From an uncultured bacterium (GTDB taxonomy: Bacteria; Krumholzibacteriota; Krumholzibacteriia; JACNKJ01), in assembly GCA_963695095.1 (NCBI GenBank), contig CAVOFT010000001.1, forward strand, positions 1,152,001-1,216,000: a DNA stretch of 64,000 nucleotides, read 5' to 3'. Below the pieces are notes generated by a model that was not told the DNA's origin, did not search any database, and saw nothing but the letters and a program-made list of their open reading frames with translations. This document shows, piece after piece, positions 1 to 9,031 of the stretch (within the stretch, counting starts at the first letter, position 1; each line of letters begins with the position of its first letter). The translations under genes and the position numbers were made by a program.

Positions 1-2740
1 TCAGGGTGTTGCCGGTGACCATCAGCGAGAAGAGCGCGGCGAGCGCGCCGACCGGCAGCACCGCGGCGATGATCAGGGGATCCACGAAGCTCTCGAACTG
101 GGCGGCCAGGATCATGTAGACGAGGAGCAGGGAGAGCAGCAGGGCCCAGCCGAGATCGCGGAAGCTGCGACCGATCTCCTCCTGCTCGCCGCCCTTGACG
201 AAGACGAGGCCGCCGGGCGTGGGCGTGGCGGCGAGAATGCGGTCCACGTCCTCCCAGACCTGGTCGACGCCGCGTCCCTCGACGCTGCCGGCGATGCTGA
301 TCTGCCGACGCTGGTCGCGGCGGACGATCTCGCGCACGGGGCGGTTCAGCTCCGTTTTCACGAAGGTGCCCAGGGTGACCGTCTTGCCGCCGGCCAGGCG
401 CAGGGGGGAGGCGAGCACGGCGTCGAGGTCGCGCCGCTCGGCCAGGGGCAGGCGGACGCCGACGTCGATGCGCTGATCGATCTCGTTGAAGGTGGTGGCC
501 ACCGTGCCCTGGATGCGGGCGCGCAGCTCCAGGGCGATGGACTCCGGCTCGAGGCCGTAGCGCAGAGCCAGCTCGCGATCGATGGTGGCCTCGAGCGTGG
601 GGTTGCCGAGCACGCGGTCCATCTCGAGATCGCCAAGGCCGGGCACGGCGGCGAGGTGGGGCAGGAGGCCTTCCACCACGGCGAGGGCCGTCTCCGGCGA
701 CGTGGAGACGACGCCGAGGGAGAAGGTGGCCTCGCCGCTGGCCAGCACCTCGCGCAGGCCGACGCCCTCGTCCTTGAACACCCAGCTGGCGCCGGCCAGC
801 TTCGCCATCCGGGCGTCGAGCAGCGCCTTGACCTCTTCCATGTCCGTGCGACCGTGCCGGGACGGCGCGAGCATCACGCGCAGGCGGGCCACATTGGGCG
901 CCGTGTACTCCTTGAGGCTGGCGAGGGTGCGCTCCGTCTCGCCGGCCTGCGTGTAGACCCTGGCCACGTGGGGCAAGGCCTCGGCGAAGGCCGCCAGCTC
1001 GCCGGCGATCTCGCCGGTGGCGTCCAGCGGCGTGCCGGCCGGCAGCTCGAGCTGCAGGCTGAAGTCGCCCTGATCGCGGTCGGGCAGGAAGCTGCGCCGG
1101 ATGTCCTTGCCCAGGAGGGCGGCGGCCGCCAGCAGGATGAGCAGCAAGCCCAGGAAGAGGGGCTTGTGGTCCAGCACCCAGGGCAAGGGGCGGTGGTAGA
1201 GATGCAGCAGGCGCTCCTGGAAGTCGTTCGTGAGCTGCACCGCGCGCGGCGTCCGGGCATGCGGGCGGAGCAGGCGGGCCGCGAGCATGGGCTGGAGCAG
1301 CAGGGCGCTGAGAATCGACACCAGCAGCGCGAAGGTGACGGTGAGCGCCTGGTCGCGGAAGAACTCCCCGGCGATCCCCGGCACGTAGATGACCGGGAAG
1401 AAGACGGCGATCGTCGTGAGCGTGGCGGCGATCACGGGCATCGCCACCTCGCGGGCGCCCTGCACGGCGCCCGCATCCCGTTCGGCCTGGGTCTTGCCGC
1501 GGCCGGCAAGGTGGCGGCTGATGTTCTCGAGCACGACGATCGAGTTGTCCACCAGCATGCCCGCGGCCAGGGAGAGCCCGCCCAGGGACATCAGGTTCAT
1601 GTTCACCTTCGCGACGTCGAGGCAGGCGAAGGTGGTGAAGATGGACACGGGCATGGCGATGCCCACGACCAGCGGACTCAAGAGGTCGCCCAGGCCGATG
1701 AGCAGGACGAGGAAGGCGAGCAGGGCGCCGATCAGCAGGGACTGCTGCAGGCCGCTCACGGACTCGGCGACGAAGTCCGCCTCGCGGTAGACGTAGCGGG
1801 TGGCGAAGGCGGAGTAGGTCGTCGTGAGCACGCCCAGCACCTCGTCGACGGTCTTGCTGGTGGTGATCGTGTTCTTGCCCACCTCCTTGTAGAGGTGCAG
1901 GCCCACGACTTCCTCGCGGCCGAGGAAGGTGGCGCCCTCGGGCTCCTTCACCGTGTCCTCGACGCGGGCGACATCGGCGATCGTGATGCCCGGCCCGGCG
2001 GCGGGGATCTCCGTCAGGCGGATCTCGTCCAGGTTCTCGAACTCGCCGAGGATGCGCAGGGGCAGGTGCAGGGGCCCCTTGCGGATGCGCCCGCCCGGAA
2101 AGCTGATGTTGGCGATGCGCAGGGCCGTGGCGAGGTCCTCGATGGTGAGGCCGTAGAGCCGCAGCTTGGCCAGGTCGGGCGTGACGAGGATCTCGCGCTC
2201 GGCGCCGCCGATCACCTCGGCCTGGCTGATGCCGTCGATCTGCTCGAGGGCCGGCTTCACCACCTCGCGGGCGAAGTCGGTCATCTCGCGCAGGGGGGCG
2301 TCGCCATCGAGAACCAGGATGGCGATGGGCCGCGCCGAAGGATCCCAGCGCAGGATGAGCGGGCGGTCGGCGACGGCCGGGAAGCTCTCGCCGTAGGCGA
2401 CCTGGTCCACGGCTTCGCGCATGTGCAGATTGGCGAAGTCCATGTCCGTGCCCCAGTCGTACTGGGCCGTGATCGTGGAGGTGCCTTCGCGGGTCTTGCT
2501 CACCACGCGGCGCACGCCCTCGAGGCCGGCGATGCGCTCTTCCAGGGGTTCCGTGACGAGGCGGACCAGATCGTCCGCCGGCGTGTCCGCGTAGTTGGTG
2601 ATGACCGTGAGATTGGGGTAGTTGATCGACGGCAGCAGGTCCAGGGCCAGCCGCCGCTGCCCCTGCACGCCGAGCAGAACGAGGCCGGCGAAGAGCATCA
2701 GCACCGCGACCGGGCGCCCCACGCTGCTGCGGATCATCAT
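1..2740 (-). CDS. RND efflux transporter permease subunit (AcrB/AcrD/AcrF family), runs off the left edge
   Basis: Minus strand reads MMIRSSVGRPVAVLMLF...LDLLPSINYPNLTVIT, with TM4-type 'AAGMLVDNSIVVLENI' and 'AAQFESFVDPLII'. ATG at 2740 overlaps the MFP stop (ATGA). Absent from the ORF track because there is no stop in the window. Confidence 0.92.
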   Translation of the reverse strand, partial: MMIRSSVGRPVAVLMLFAGLVLLGVQGQRRLALDLLPSINYPNLTVITNYADTPADDLVRLVTEPLEERIAGLEGVRRVVSKTREGTSTITAQYDWGTDMDFANLHMREAVDQVAYGESFPAVADRPLILRWDPSARPIAILVLDGDAPLREMTDFAREVVKPALEQIDGISQAEVIGGAEREILVTPDLAKLRLYGLTIEDLATALRIANISFPGGRIRKGPLHLPLRILGEFENLDEIRLTEIPAAGPGITIADVARVEDTVKEPEGATFLGREEVVGLHLYKEVGKNTITTSKTVDEVLGVLTTTYSAFATRYVYREADFVAESVSGLQQSLLIGALLAFLVLLIGLGDLLSPLVVGIAMPVSIFTTFACLDVAKVNMNLMSLGGLSLAAGMLVDNSIVVLENISRHLAGRGKTQAERDAGAVQGAREVAMPVIAATLTTIAVFFPVIYVPGIAGEFFRDQALTVTFALLVSILSALLLQPMLAARLLRPHARTPRAVQLTNDFQERLLHLYHRPLPWVLDHKPLFLGLLLILLAAAALLGKDIRRSFLPDRDQGDFSLQLELPAGTPLDATGEIAGELAAFAEALPHVARVYTQAGETERTLASLKEYTAPNVARLRVMLAPSRHGRTDMEEVKALLDARMAKLAGASWVFKDEGVGLREVLASGEATFSLGVVSTSPETALAVVEGLLPHLAAVPGLGDLEMDRVLGNPTLEATIDRELALRYGLEPESIALELRARIQGTVATTFNEIDQRIDVGVRLPLAERRDLDAVLASPLRLAGGKTVTLGTFVKTELNRPVREIVRRDQRRQISIAGSVEGRGVDQVWEDVDRILAATPTPGGLVFVKGGEQEEIGRSFRDLGWALLLSLLLVYMILAAQFESFVDPLIIAAVLPVGALAALFSLMVTGNTL

Positions 2741-4044
2741 GGGCCGTCGACCTGGGCAGGGGCGAGGCCCCAGCGATCGCGGGGCGTCAGGCGCCGGCGG
2801 ACGTCGATCTTGGCCTCGTGGGCCAGGGTCAGGTGATCGCTGACCACGACCTCGTCACCCGGCTCCAGGGTGCCGCCGCTGTGCACGTTCTGGATCTCGA
2901 TCCAGCTGTCGTTCTCCAGGCCCACGGTGACGTAGAGCCACTGCGCCTCGTCGCCGGACACCTTGAAGACCAGGGGGCGGTCGTCGCGGATGAGCACCGC
3001 CGATTTGGGCACGAGCAGTCGGTCCGGGAAAACGAAGCCGGCGATCTCGGCGCGGGCGAACATGCCGGGCCGGAAGCGCCCGCCCCGGTTGGGGAAGCGC
3101 AGGATGCACTCGCAGGTGCGGCTGGCGGCGTCCAGGCTGGGCGAGATGACGTCGATCGCGGCCTTGAGCGTGTCGGCCACCGCCGGCACGGCGATCAGGG
3201 CGGGCCGGCCTTCGCTGAGATTGGCCAGATCCGCCTCGAGCACGTGCACCACCGCCTCGAGCTTGCTGTTGTCGTAGAGCGAGAGCAGGGTTTGCCCCAC
3301 GCTGATGTTCTCGCCCACCACGGCCGCCAGTCCCTGCACGGTGCCGGCAAAGGGAGCGCGGATCTCCGTGTACTCCAGGGCCAGGCGCGCGCGCTCCACC
3401 GAGACGCGGGCCGCGGCCAGCCCCGTGCGCTGCTCGAGGACCTCCTGGCGGAAAGCGCCCTTGTCCAGGGCGTTCAGTTCCAGGGCGAGCAGGCGGGCGC
3501 GGTACTCCTCGTCGCCGAGGCCGCCCTCGCCGTGGGCTTGCTCCAGCTCCTGGCGCGCGGCATCGAATTCCCCGGCGGCCCGAGCGTCGCCGACGAAGCT
3601 GTCGGCTTCGGCCGCCACCTGGGACAGCGCCTGCAAGTGCGCGTAGCGTGCCGCCTCCAGGTCCAGCCGGTAGCCGCGGGGATCGATGCGGGCGAGCAGT
3701 TGACCCTGCTTGACGCGATCGCCGTCGCGCACGCCCACTTCGACGAGCTCGCCGCCCACCTTGACGCGGACGGCCAGCGAGCGCGGCGTGCGGATCTCGC
3801 CATCGGCGTAGATCGAGGTGACCAGATCGCCTCGCTGCACCGCGCCGATATTCACCTTGATCGCCTTCTCCGGCTCGGGCTCGGCCTCCGCGCTGGTGTC
3901 GGCGGCTGCCGCGGTGGAGTCCGCGCCCGCGCCCTCGCCCTGCTTGCCGCAGCCGAGGGGGGCGGCGAGCAGCAGGCCGAGGACGCCGAAGGTGAAGAGG
4001 AAGCTGGCAAGGTCGGCGCGGGGGCGGTAGCGCGGCAGGGACAT
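2737..4044 (-). CDS. RND periplasmic adaptor (membrane fusion protein)
   Basis: Motifs 'VRDGDRVKQGQLLARID', 'EIRAPFAGTV', 'FRPGMFARAEI' and 'LLVPKSAV'; N-terminal hydrophobic stretch with possible lipobox (PLGC). Start trimmed to the ATG at 4044. Confidence 0.9.
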   Translation of the reverse strand: MSLPRYRPRADLASFLFTFGVLGLLLAAPLGCGKQGEGAGADSTAAAADTSAEAEPEPEKAIKVNIGAVQRGDLVTSIYADGEIRTPRSLAVRVKVGGELVEVGVRDGDRVKQGQLLARIDPRGYRLDLEAARYAHLQALSQVAAEADSFVGDARAAGEFDAARQELEQAHGEGGLGDEEYRARLLALELNALDKGAFRQEVLEQRTGLAAARVSVERARLALEYTEIRAPFAGTVQGLAAVVGENISVGQTLLSLYDNSKLEAVVHVLEADLANLSEGRPALIAVPAVADTLKAAIDVISPSLDAASRTCECILRFPNRGGRFRPGMFARAEIAGFVFPDRLLVPKSAVLIRDDRPLVFKVSGDEAQWLYVTVGLENDSWIEIQNVHSGGTLEPGDEVVVSDHLTLAHEAKIDVRRRLTPRDRWGLAPAQVDGP

Positions 4045-4121
4045 CGAAGACCTCGGTGGGGCGGGAGAAAACGGCAACCGGGCTCCTACGCGGGCCCGGT
4101 TGCCTGGTTTCCAAGTGCTGA

Positions 4122-5337
4122 TCAAGGCATCGAGTAGCAGATCACTTCCAGCGCCGGGGCCTCGGCGGCCGCCTCGGCTTCGCCGGCCACGGCCTGCTGC
4201 GTGAGCCAGGCGTCAAGGGCGCCGCGCAGGACAATGACGCGGTCGCTGCCCAGCATGACGAGGCCGTCCTTGCGCGGGTCGCCCGGACAGCGCAGGGCGA
4301 GCTGGCGGACGTAGCGCCCGCTCGCGTCGAAGACATCCAGCAGGGCGAAGACGCCGGCCGGACGCGCGCTCATGTCACCGGGCTGGACCAGCACATTGCC
4401 CTTGCCGTCGAGGAAGAGACCGGCCACGGCCGGCTCCGTGGGTTCGATCGAGGTGCCCTTCAGCGGCGTCGGGTAGTAGCTGCCGATAGCCTCCATGATC
4501 CGGGTGGCGGTCGCCTTGCCCTCGGCATCGCGGGCGGGCGCCGCGTAGGCGCGGCCGAACTCGCGCTCGACGCTGCCGTCCGGCGCCTGGACGCGAATCA
4601 GGTACTCGTTCCGCGTCGGCGCCGTGTAGAGCTTGCCGTCGCCGCTCACCGTGAAGCGATTCCAGACGAAGTCCATCTTGCCTTCATCGAGGCGGAAGTC
4701 GCTGTAGTCGATCTGGTAGCTCTTGCTCAGGTACTCGACCTCTCTCCTTGCCCGCGCCGTCGCAGCGGGAGAGGAAGAAGGTCTGATCGCTGACGGCACC
4801 GCCGCCGAAGCTCATGCGAATGCCGAGCAGGACCATTTCGTTGGCCGGCGCGCCGAAGCCGGCGTTGAGCACGCAGAAGGCGCCCTGCTCGGCGCCGGGG
4901 CCCTGATAGGTGGCATCCCCCGCCGGCGAGCCATCCGGGTGCAGCAGGACGATGCGCCCGGGGAAGGACTGCAGCAGGCCGAGGCGGCCGTCGCTGAGCA
5001 GGAACATGCCGCCGGGGCGGCGCACCTCGCCGGGGCCGTCGCCCTCGCGGCCCAGCGTGGCCAGGTGCTCGCCGGTGGGCGAGTAGACCTGCACGTTGGA
5101 CTGCTGGGTGTCGAGAATGTAGATCTCGCCGCCGGCGCCCCGCTGCACGCCGCCGACGGAGCCGAAGAAGATCTCGTCGTCCTCGCCGCCGGCCCGCCAG
5201 AGCTCCTTGAGGGCGATTTCCTTCCGGCCCTCGGCCGGCTTGTCGCCGCTGTGCACGCGGGGGGGCGCGGCAGCGGCCGCAGCCGTCACTGCCAGGCTGA
5301 TCGCAAACAGAAGCGGAAGTCCGAGTCGCGCGTTCAT
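4122..5337 (-). CDS. 6-bladed beta-propeller (NHL-like) secreted protein, with one frameshift near 4742
   Basis: ORFs 4684-5337 and 4122-4799 join (..CDGAGKE/EVEYLSKSYQID..) into about 404 aa colinear with the paralog at 5364-6611. Has 'GREGDGPGEV' and C-terminal 'EVICYS'. Confidence 0.75.
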
Positions 5338-5363
5338 TGTGCCTCCTTGGCCCGCGGGCCGCC

Positions 5364-6611
5364 TTACTTGGTGCTGTAGCAGATCACTTCCATCGCGGCA
5401 GCTTCCTCGTCGGCACCCTCGCCGCCCATGGCCGCCATCGCCGCGTCCCAGAAGCCGGTGACCTGGATGGCCAGGCCTTCCTCGGTGAGGAAGAGCCAGT
5501 CGGTGGCGGAATCCCCGGGCGCCTTGGCCTTGACCTGCTTGACGAACTCGCCCGTGGGCGAGAAGACGTCCCAGGCCGCCAGGATGCCCGGCTCGGGCGT
5601 GTAGAGCGCGCGGCTGGTGAGCACCCAGGTGCTGCCGTCGGCAGCGCAGCGAATGCTCTGCACGTCGGGCTCCTGGTCCTCGATCACGGGCGTGGGTCGG
5701 TTGGGGAACTGCTGCGACTGCGCCTGCATCAGGCTCTGGTAGCGCTGGCGCACCTTGTCGTTGCGGGTCCAGGATTCGTACTGGCGCTCGATCACGCGCT
5801 CGAGCTTGCCCGCGGCGCTGTAGACGCTGAGCGCATACTCCAGCGGCGCCGGGGCCACGACGACCTGGCCCTTGGGGCTGACGCCGAAGCGGCGCCAGAC
5901 GAAGTCGTTGTCTTTCTCGAGGAACTGGAAGTTGTCGTTGAAGACCCAGGTGCGATCGGTGGCCATGAACTCGGCCTTCTGGGCGCCGTCCATGCCGTAG
6001 CTGCGCACGAAGTAGTGGCGCTTCTGGCTCAGCGTCGCCTGGTCGAAGGTCATCTCGATGCCGGTGAGGACGAGATTGCCGCCGCCGCTCTCGGCGTTGA
6101 TGAGGACGAAGAAGCCCCCGGCGGTGGGATCGGTCTTGCCCGGCTCGATGTCCTTGCCCGGGCTGCCGTCGGGCTTGAGGCCGATCAGCTTGCCGGGGAA
6201 GACCTGGGCGACGCCGATGTTGCCGTCGGGCAGGAAGCTGAATTGCTGGGCGTTGCGGAACTCGCCCGGGCCCTCGCCCTCGCGGCCGATGCTGCGCAGC
6301 AGTTCGCCCTCGGGGGAGATCACCTTGATCTCGTTGAGCTGGGCGTCGAGCAGGTAGATGTTGCCGTCGGCGCCCACGGCGGCGTCGGTGATGATGCCGA
6401 AGAGGATCTCCTCGTCGTCCTCGCCGCCGCGCCGCCAGAGCTCGGTGAGCGTGAGCGTCTCGACGCCGTTCTTGGGCGTGGCGCCGTTCTTCACATGGGG
6501 GACGCCGTCCGTCTGGGCGGCGGCGGGCTGGCTGAGCCCGAGGGCGAAGAGGGCCAGGGCAAGACAGCCGAGGGCGGCCAGGGCAAGCGCGCGCAGGGGG
6601 CGAATACTCAT
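5364..6611 (-). CDS. 6-bladed beta-propeller (NHL-like) secreted protein
   Basis: Signal peptide; 'GNIYLLDAQLNEIKVISPEGELLRSIGREGEGPGEF' is an NHL-like blade; C-terminal 'EVICYS'. Confidence 0.8.
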   Translation of the reverse strand: MSIRPLRALALAALGCLALALFALGLSQPAAAQTDGVPHVKNGATPKNGVETLTLTELWRRGGEDDEEILFGIITDAAVGADGNIYLLDAQLNEIKVISPEGELLRSIGREGEGPGEFRNAQQFSFLPDGNIGVAQVFPGKLIGLKPDGSPGKDIEPGKTDPTAGGFFVLINAESGGGNLVLTGIEMTFDQATLSQKRHYFVRSYGMDGAQKAEFMATDRTWVFNDNFQFLEKDNDFVWRRFGVSPKGQVVVAPAPLEYALSVYSAAGKLERVIERQYESWTRNDKVRQRYQSLMQAQSQQFPNRPTPVIEDQEPDVQSIRCAADGSTWVLTSRALYTPEPGILAAWDVFSPTGEFVKQVKAKAPGDSATDWLFLTEEGLAIQVTGFWDAAMAAMGGEGADEEAAAMEVICYSTK

Positions 6612-6725
6612 CAGGGGACTCCTTGTCAGGCGGGTGGTCGCGACCGCTGGATTGGCGGGGCGGGACAGGCTCCCTTACCCGGCCGCAGCCGTACTATTCG
6701 AGAAGACCATGTGCGCCGCCTCGGG

Positions 6726-8000
6726 TCAAGGGGCCGAGACGGGCGGCTCTTCATCATCCAGATGGGGCAGGAAGGGCAGGGTGGCCAGGCCGGGCAGGCC
6801 GAGGATCACGACGAGTAGAAAGAACCGGGGATAGCCCAATGCTTCCTGGATGGCTCCGCTCGCCATGCCGGGCAGCATCATGCCCAGGGCCATGATTCCC
6901 GTTGCGATGGCGTAATGCGAAGTCCGATGGCGCCCGCGCGAGATGCGCATGAAGTAGACCATGAAGGCGGTGGCCCCCAGGCCGTAGCCGAGCTGCTCGA
7001 GCGCGACGAGCAGGAAGACCAGGGCCGGCGCCGGCTGCACCTGGGCCATGTAGAGGTAGGCCGTGTTCGGAACGTTGAGCGCCAGGGCCAGCGGCCAGAT
7101 CAAGCGCCGGAGGCCGAAGCGCGCGATCAGCCAACCGCCGGCGATGCCGCCCAGGATCAGGCAGCCCAGGCCCAGGGTGCCGTAGGCCAGGCCCACCTGG
7201 GCCGTGCTCAGGCCCAGCCCGCCATCTGCGCGGGCGTCCAGCATGAAGGGCGCGGCCAGCTTGAGCAGGAGAGCCTCGCCCAGCCGGTAGAGCAGGATGA
7301 AGGCGATGATGACGGCGGCGCGCCTCTGGCCGAACCAGTCGGCGAAGATGCGCCCCCAGTGGGCCGGCGGCTCGGTCGCCGCGCGGGGGCCGGGCGCATC
7401 GGCCGGCGGGCGGGGGAGCGCGAAGCGGTGCCAGAGCCAGAGGCCGCCGAAGACGCCGGCGGCGAGGGCGAAGGCCAGGGTCCAGGCGCGCGGGATGTCG
7501 CCCAGGCTCAGCTCCAGCCGGCCGGCCAGGGTGACGAGCAGGCCGGAGCCGAAGATCATCGCCGCCCGGTAGAAGAGCGTGCGCACGCCGACGAAGAGGG
7601 CCTGCTGGCGCGCGTCCAGGGCGTAGAGGTAGAAGCCGTCGGCGGCGATGTCGTGGGTGGCCGAGGCGAGGGCGGCGAACCAGAAGACGGCCAGCGTGAC
7701 CGCGAAGGCGCTGGGCAGCCCGATGCCGATGGCCAGGGCGGCCAGGCTGACGGTGAGCGCGAGCTGGGTGCCGAGAATCCAGTTCCGCTTCGTCCCGCGC
7801 GTATCGACGAGGGGACTCCAGAGCATCTTCGCCACCCAGGGCAGGTAGAGCAGGCTGGTCCAGAAGGCGATGGCCGCGTTGTCCATGCCCAGGCGCTTGT
7901 AGAGAATCACCGAGACCGAGTTGACGAGGATGTAGGGCACGCCCTCGGCGAAGTAGAGCGTCGGCACGAAGACCCAGGGGGAGCGCGACGAGGCGGGCAT
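6726..8000 (-). CDS. AmpG-like MFS transporter (muropeptide permease family)
   Basis: About 12 TM segments; motifs 'LYFAEGVPY', 'LPWVAKMLWSPLVD' and 'ASATHDIAADGFY'. Confidence 0.85.
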   Translation of the reverse strand: MPASSRSPWVFVPTLYFAEGVPYILVNSVSVILYKRLGMDNAAIAFWTSLLYLPWVAKMLWSPLVDTRGTKRNWILGTQLALTVSLAALAIGIGLPSAFAVTLAVFWFAALASATHDIAADGFYLYALDARQQALFVGVRTLFYRAAMIFGSGLLVTLAGRLELSLGDIPRAWTLAFALAAGVFGGLWLWHRFALPRPPADAPGPRAATEPPAHWGRIFADWFGQRRAAVIIAFILLYRLGEALLLKLAAPFMLDARADGGLGLSTAQVGLAYGTLGLGCLILGGIAGGWLIARFGLRRLIWPLALALNVPNTAYLYMAQVQPAPALVFLLVALEQLGYGLGATAFMVYFMRISRGRHRTSHYAIATGIMALGMMLPGMASGAIQEALGYPRFFLLVVILGLPGLATLPFLPHLDDEEPPVSAP

Positions 8001-8024
8001 GGCGACCCCTTTCCGGCGCTGCGT

Positions 8025-8843
8025 CTAGCCCTTCGCCAGCCCGAGGGCCAGCGCAGCCAGCACCGCCAGGCCGGCGCCGATGCGATACCAGGCGAAGGGC
8101 ACGAAGGAGCGCCGCGAGACGAAGGCGATCAACCAGTTGATCACGGCGAGCGCCACGATGAAGGAGACGATGAAGCCGATGGCGAAGACGGGCAGGTCGG
8201 CCAGGCTCATCTGATCGCGCACGCCGGCGAGCTTGAGGATCGAGGCGCCCAGCATGGCCGGTATCGCCAGGAAGAAGGAGAACTCCGTGGCGGCCAGGCG
8301 GGAGAGGCCGAGCAGGAGGCCGCCCATGATCGTCGCGCCCGAGCGCGAGACGCCGGGGAAGAGGATCGAGAGCACCTGGATGGCGCCCACGCCCAGGGCG
8401 AGGCGCCAGGTGAGATCGTCGATGCCGGCCGCGCGCACCGGGCGCTGCCGGCGCTCGATGAGCAGGATGGCGATGCCGCCGCCGATGAGGGCCAGGGCCA
8501 CGGGCAGGGGCTTGAAGAAGTGGGCCTCGATCCAGGCCTCGGTGGGCAGGCCGACGACGATGGCCGGCAGCGTGCCGATCACCAGGTTCACGATCAGCCG
8601 GCGGGAGGGCTCGTCGTGGGGCCAGTTGACCGCCACGCCGAAGAGCTTGACCCGGTAGCGCCAGACCACGGCCAGGATCGCGCCCAGCTGGATGAAGATG
8701 ACGAAGGCGTTTTCCTTGGCGCCCTCGAAGCCGAGCAGGGTCTGGGTGAGAATGAGGTGCCCGGTGGAGGAGACGGGGATGAACTCCGTGGCCCCCTCGA
8801 CGATGCCGAGGATGGCGGCCTTGAGCCAGAGCAGCAGATCCAT
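8025..8843 (-). CDS. uppP: Undecaprenyl-diphosphate phosphatase (BacA/UppP)
   Basis: 'GIVEGATEFIPVSSTGHLI', 'PGVSRSGATI' and 'ATEFSFFLAIP'. Start at MDLLL after a GGAG RBS. Confidence 0.95.
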   Translation of the reverse strand: MDLLLWLKAAILGIVEGATEFIPVSSTGHLILTQTLLGFEGAKENAFVIFIQLGAILAVVWRYRVKLFGVAVNWPHDEPSRRLIVNLVIGTLPAIVVGLPTEAWIEAHFFKPLPVALALIGGGIAILLIERRQRPVRAAGIDDLTWRLALGVGAIQVLSILFPGVSRSGATIMGGLLLGLSRLAATEFSFFLAIPAMLGASILKLAGVRDQMSLADLPVFAIGFIVSFIVALAVINWLIAFVSRRSFVPFAWYRIGAGLAVLAALALGLAKG

Positions 8844-8883
8844 GCGTCTCCTGCGGGGGAGGAAGTGGCGGGCGAGGTGGCGG

Positions 8884-8912
8884 AGCCTACTCGATCGGCG
8901 CAGTGTGGGCAA
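8884..8912 (-). promoter_or_regulatory. Putative sigma70 promoter for uppP-ampG
   Basis: Minus strand TTGCCC-N17-TAGGCT. Confidence 0.45.
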
Positions 8913-9031
8913 CTGGAAGCATGCGCCGCGGTCGCTCCGCCGGCGCTCCGCGGCGCCTGCCGATCGGGGGCGGACCTGGCGCCTTGCCCCGGCATGGTCT
9001 ACACTCGCGGCAGGATCAAGGAGGGCCTGCG

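Noticed and set aside
656..2836. 726-aa plus-strand ORF
   Set aside because: Antisense shadow of the RND gene, typical of high-GC DNA; no motifs.
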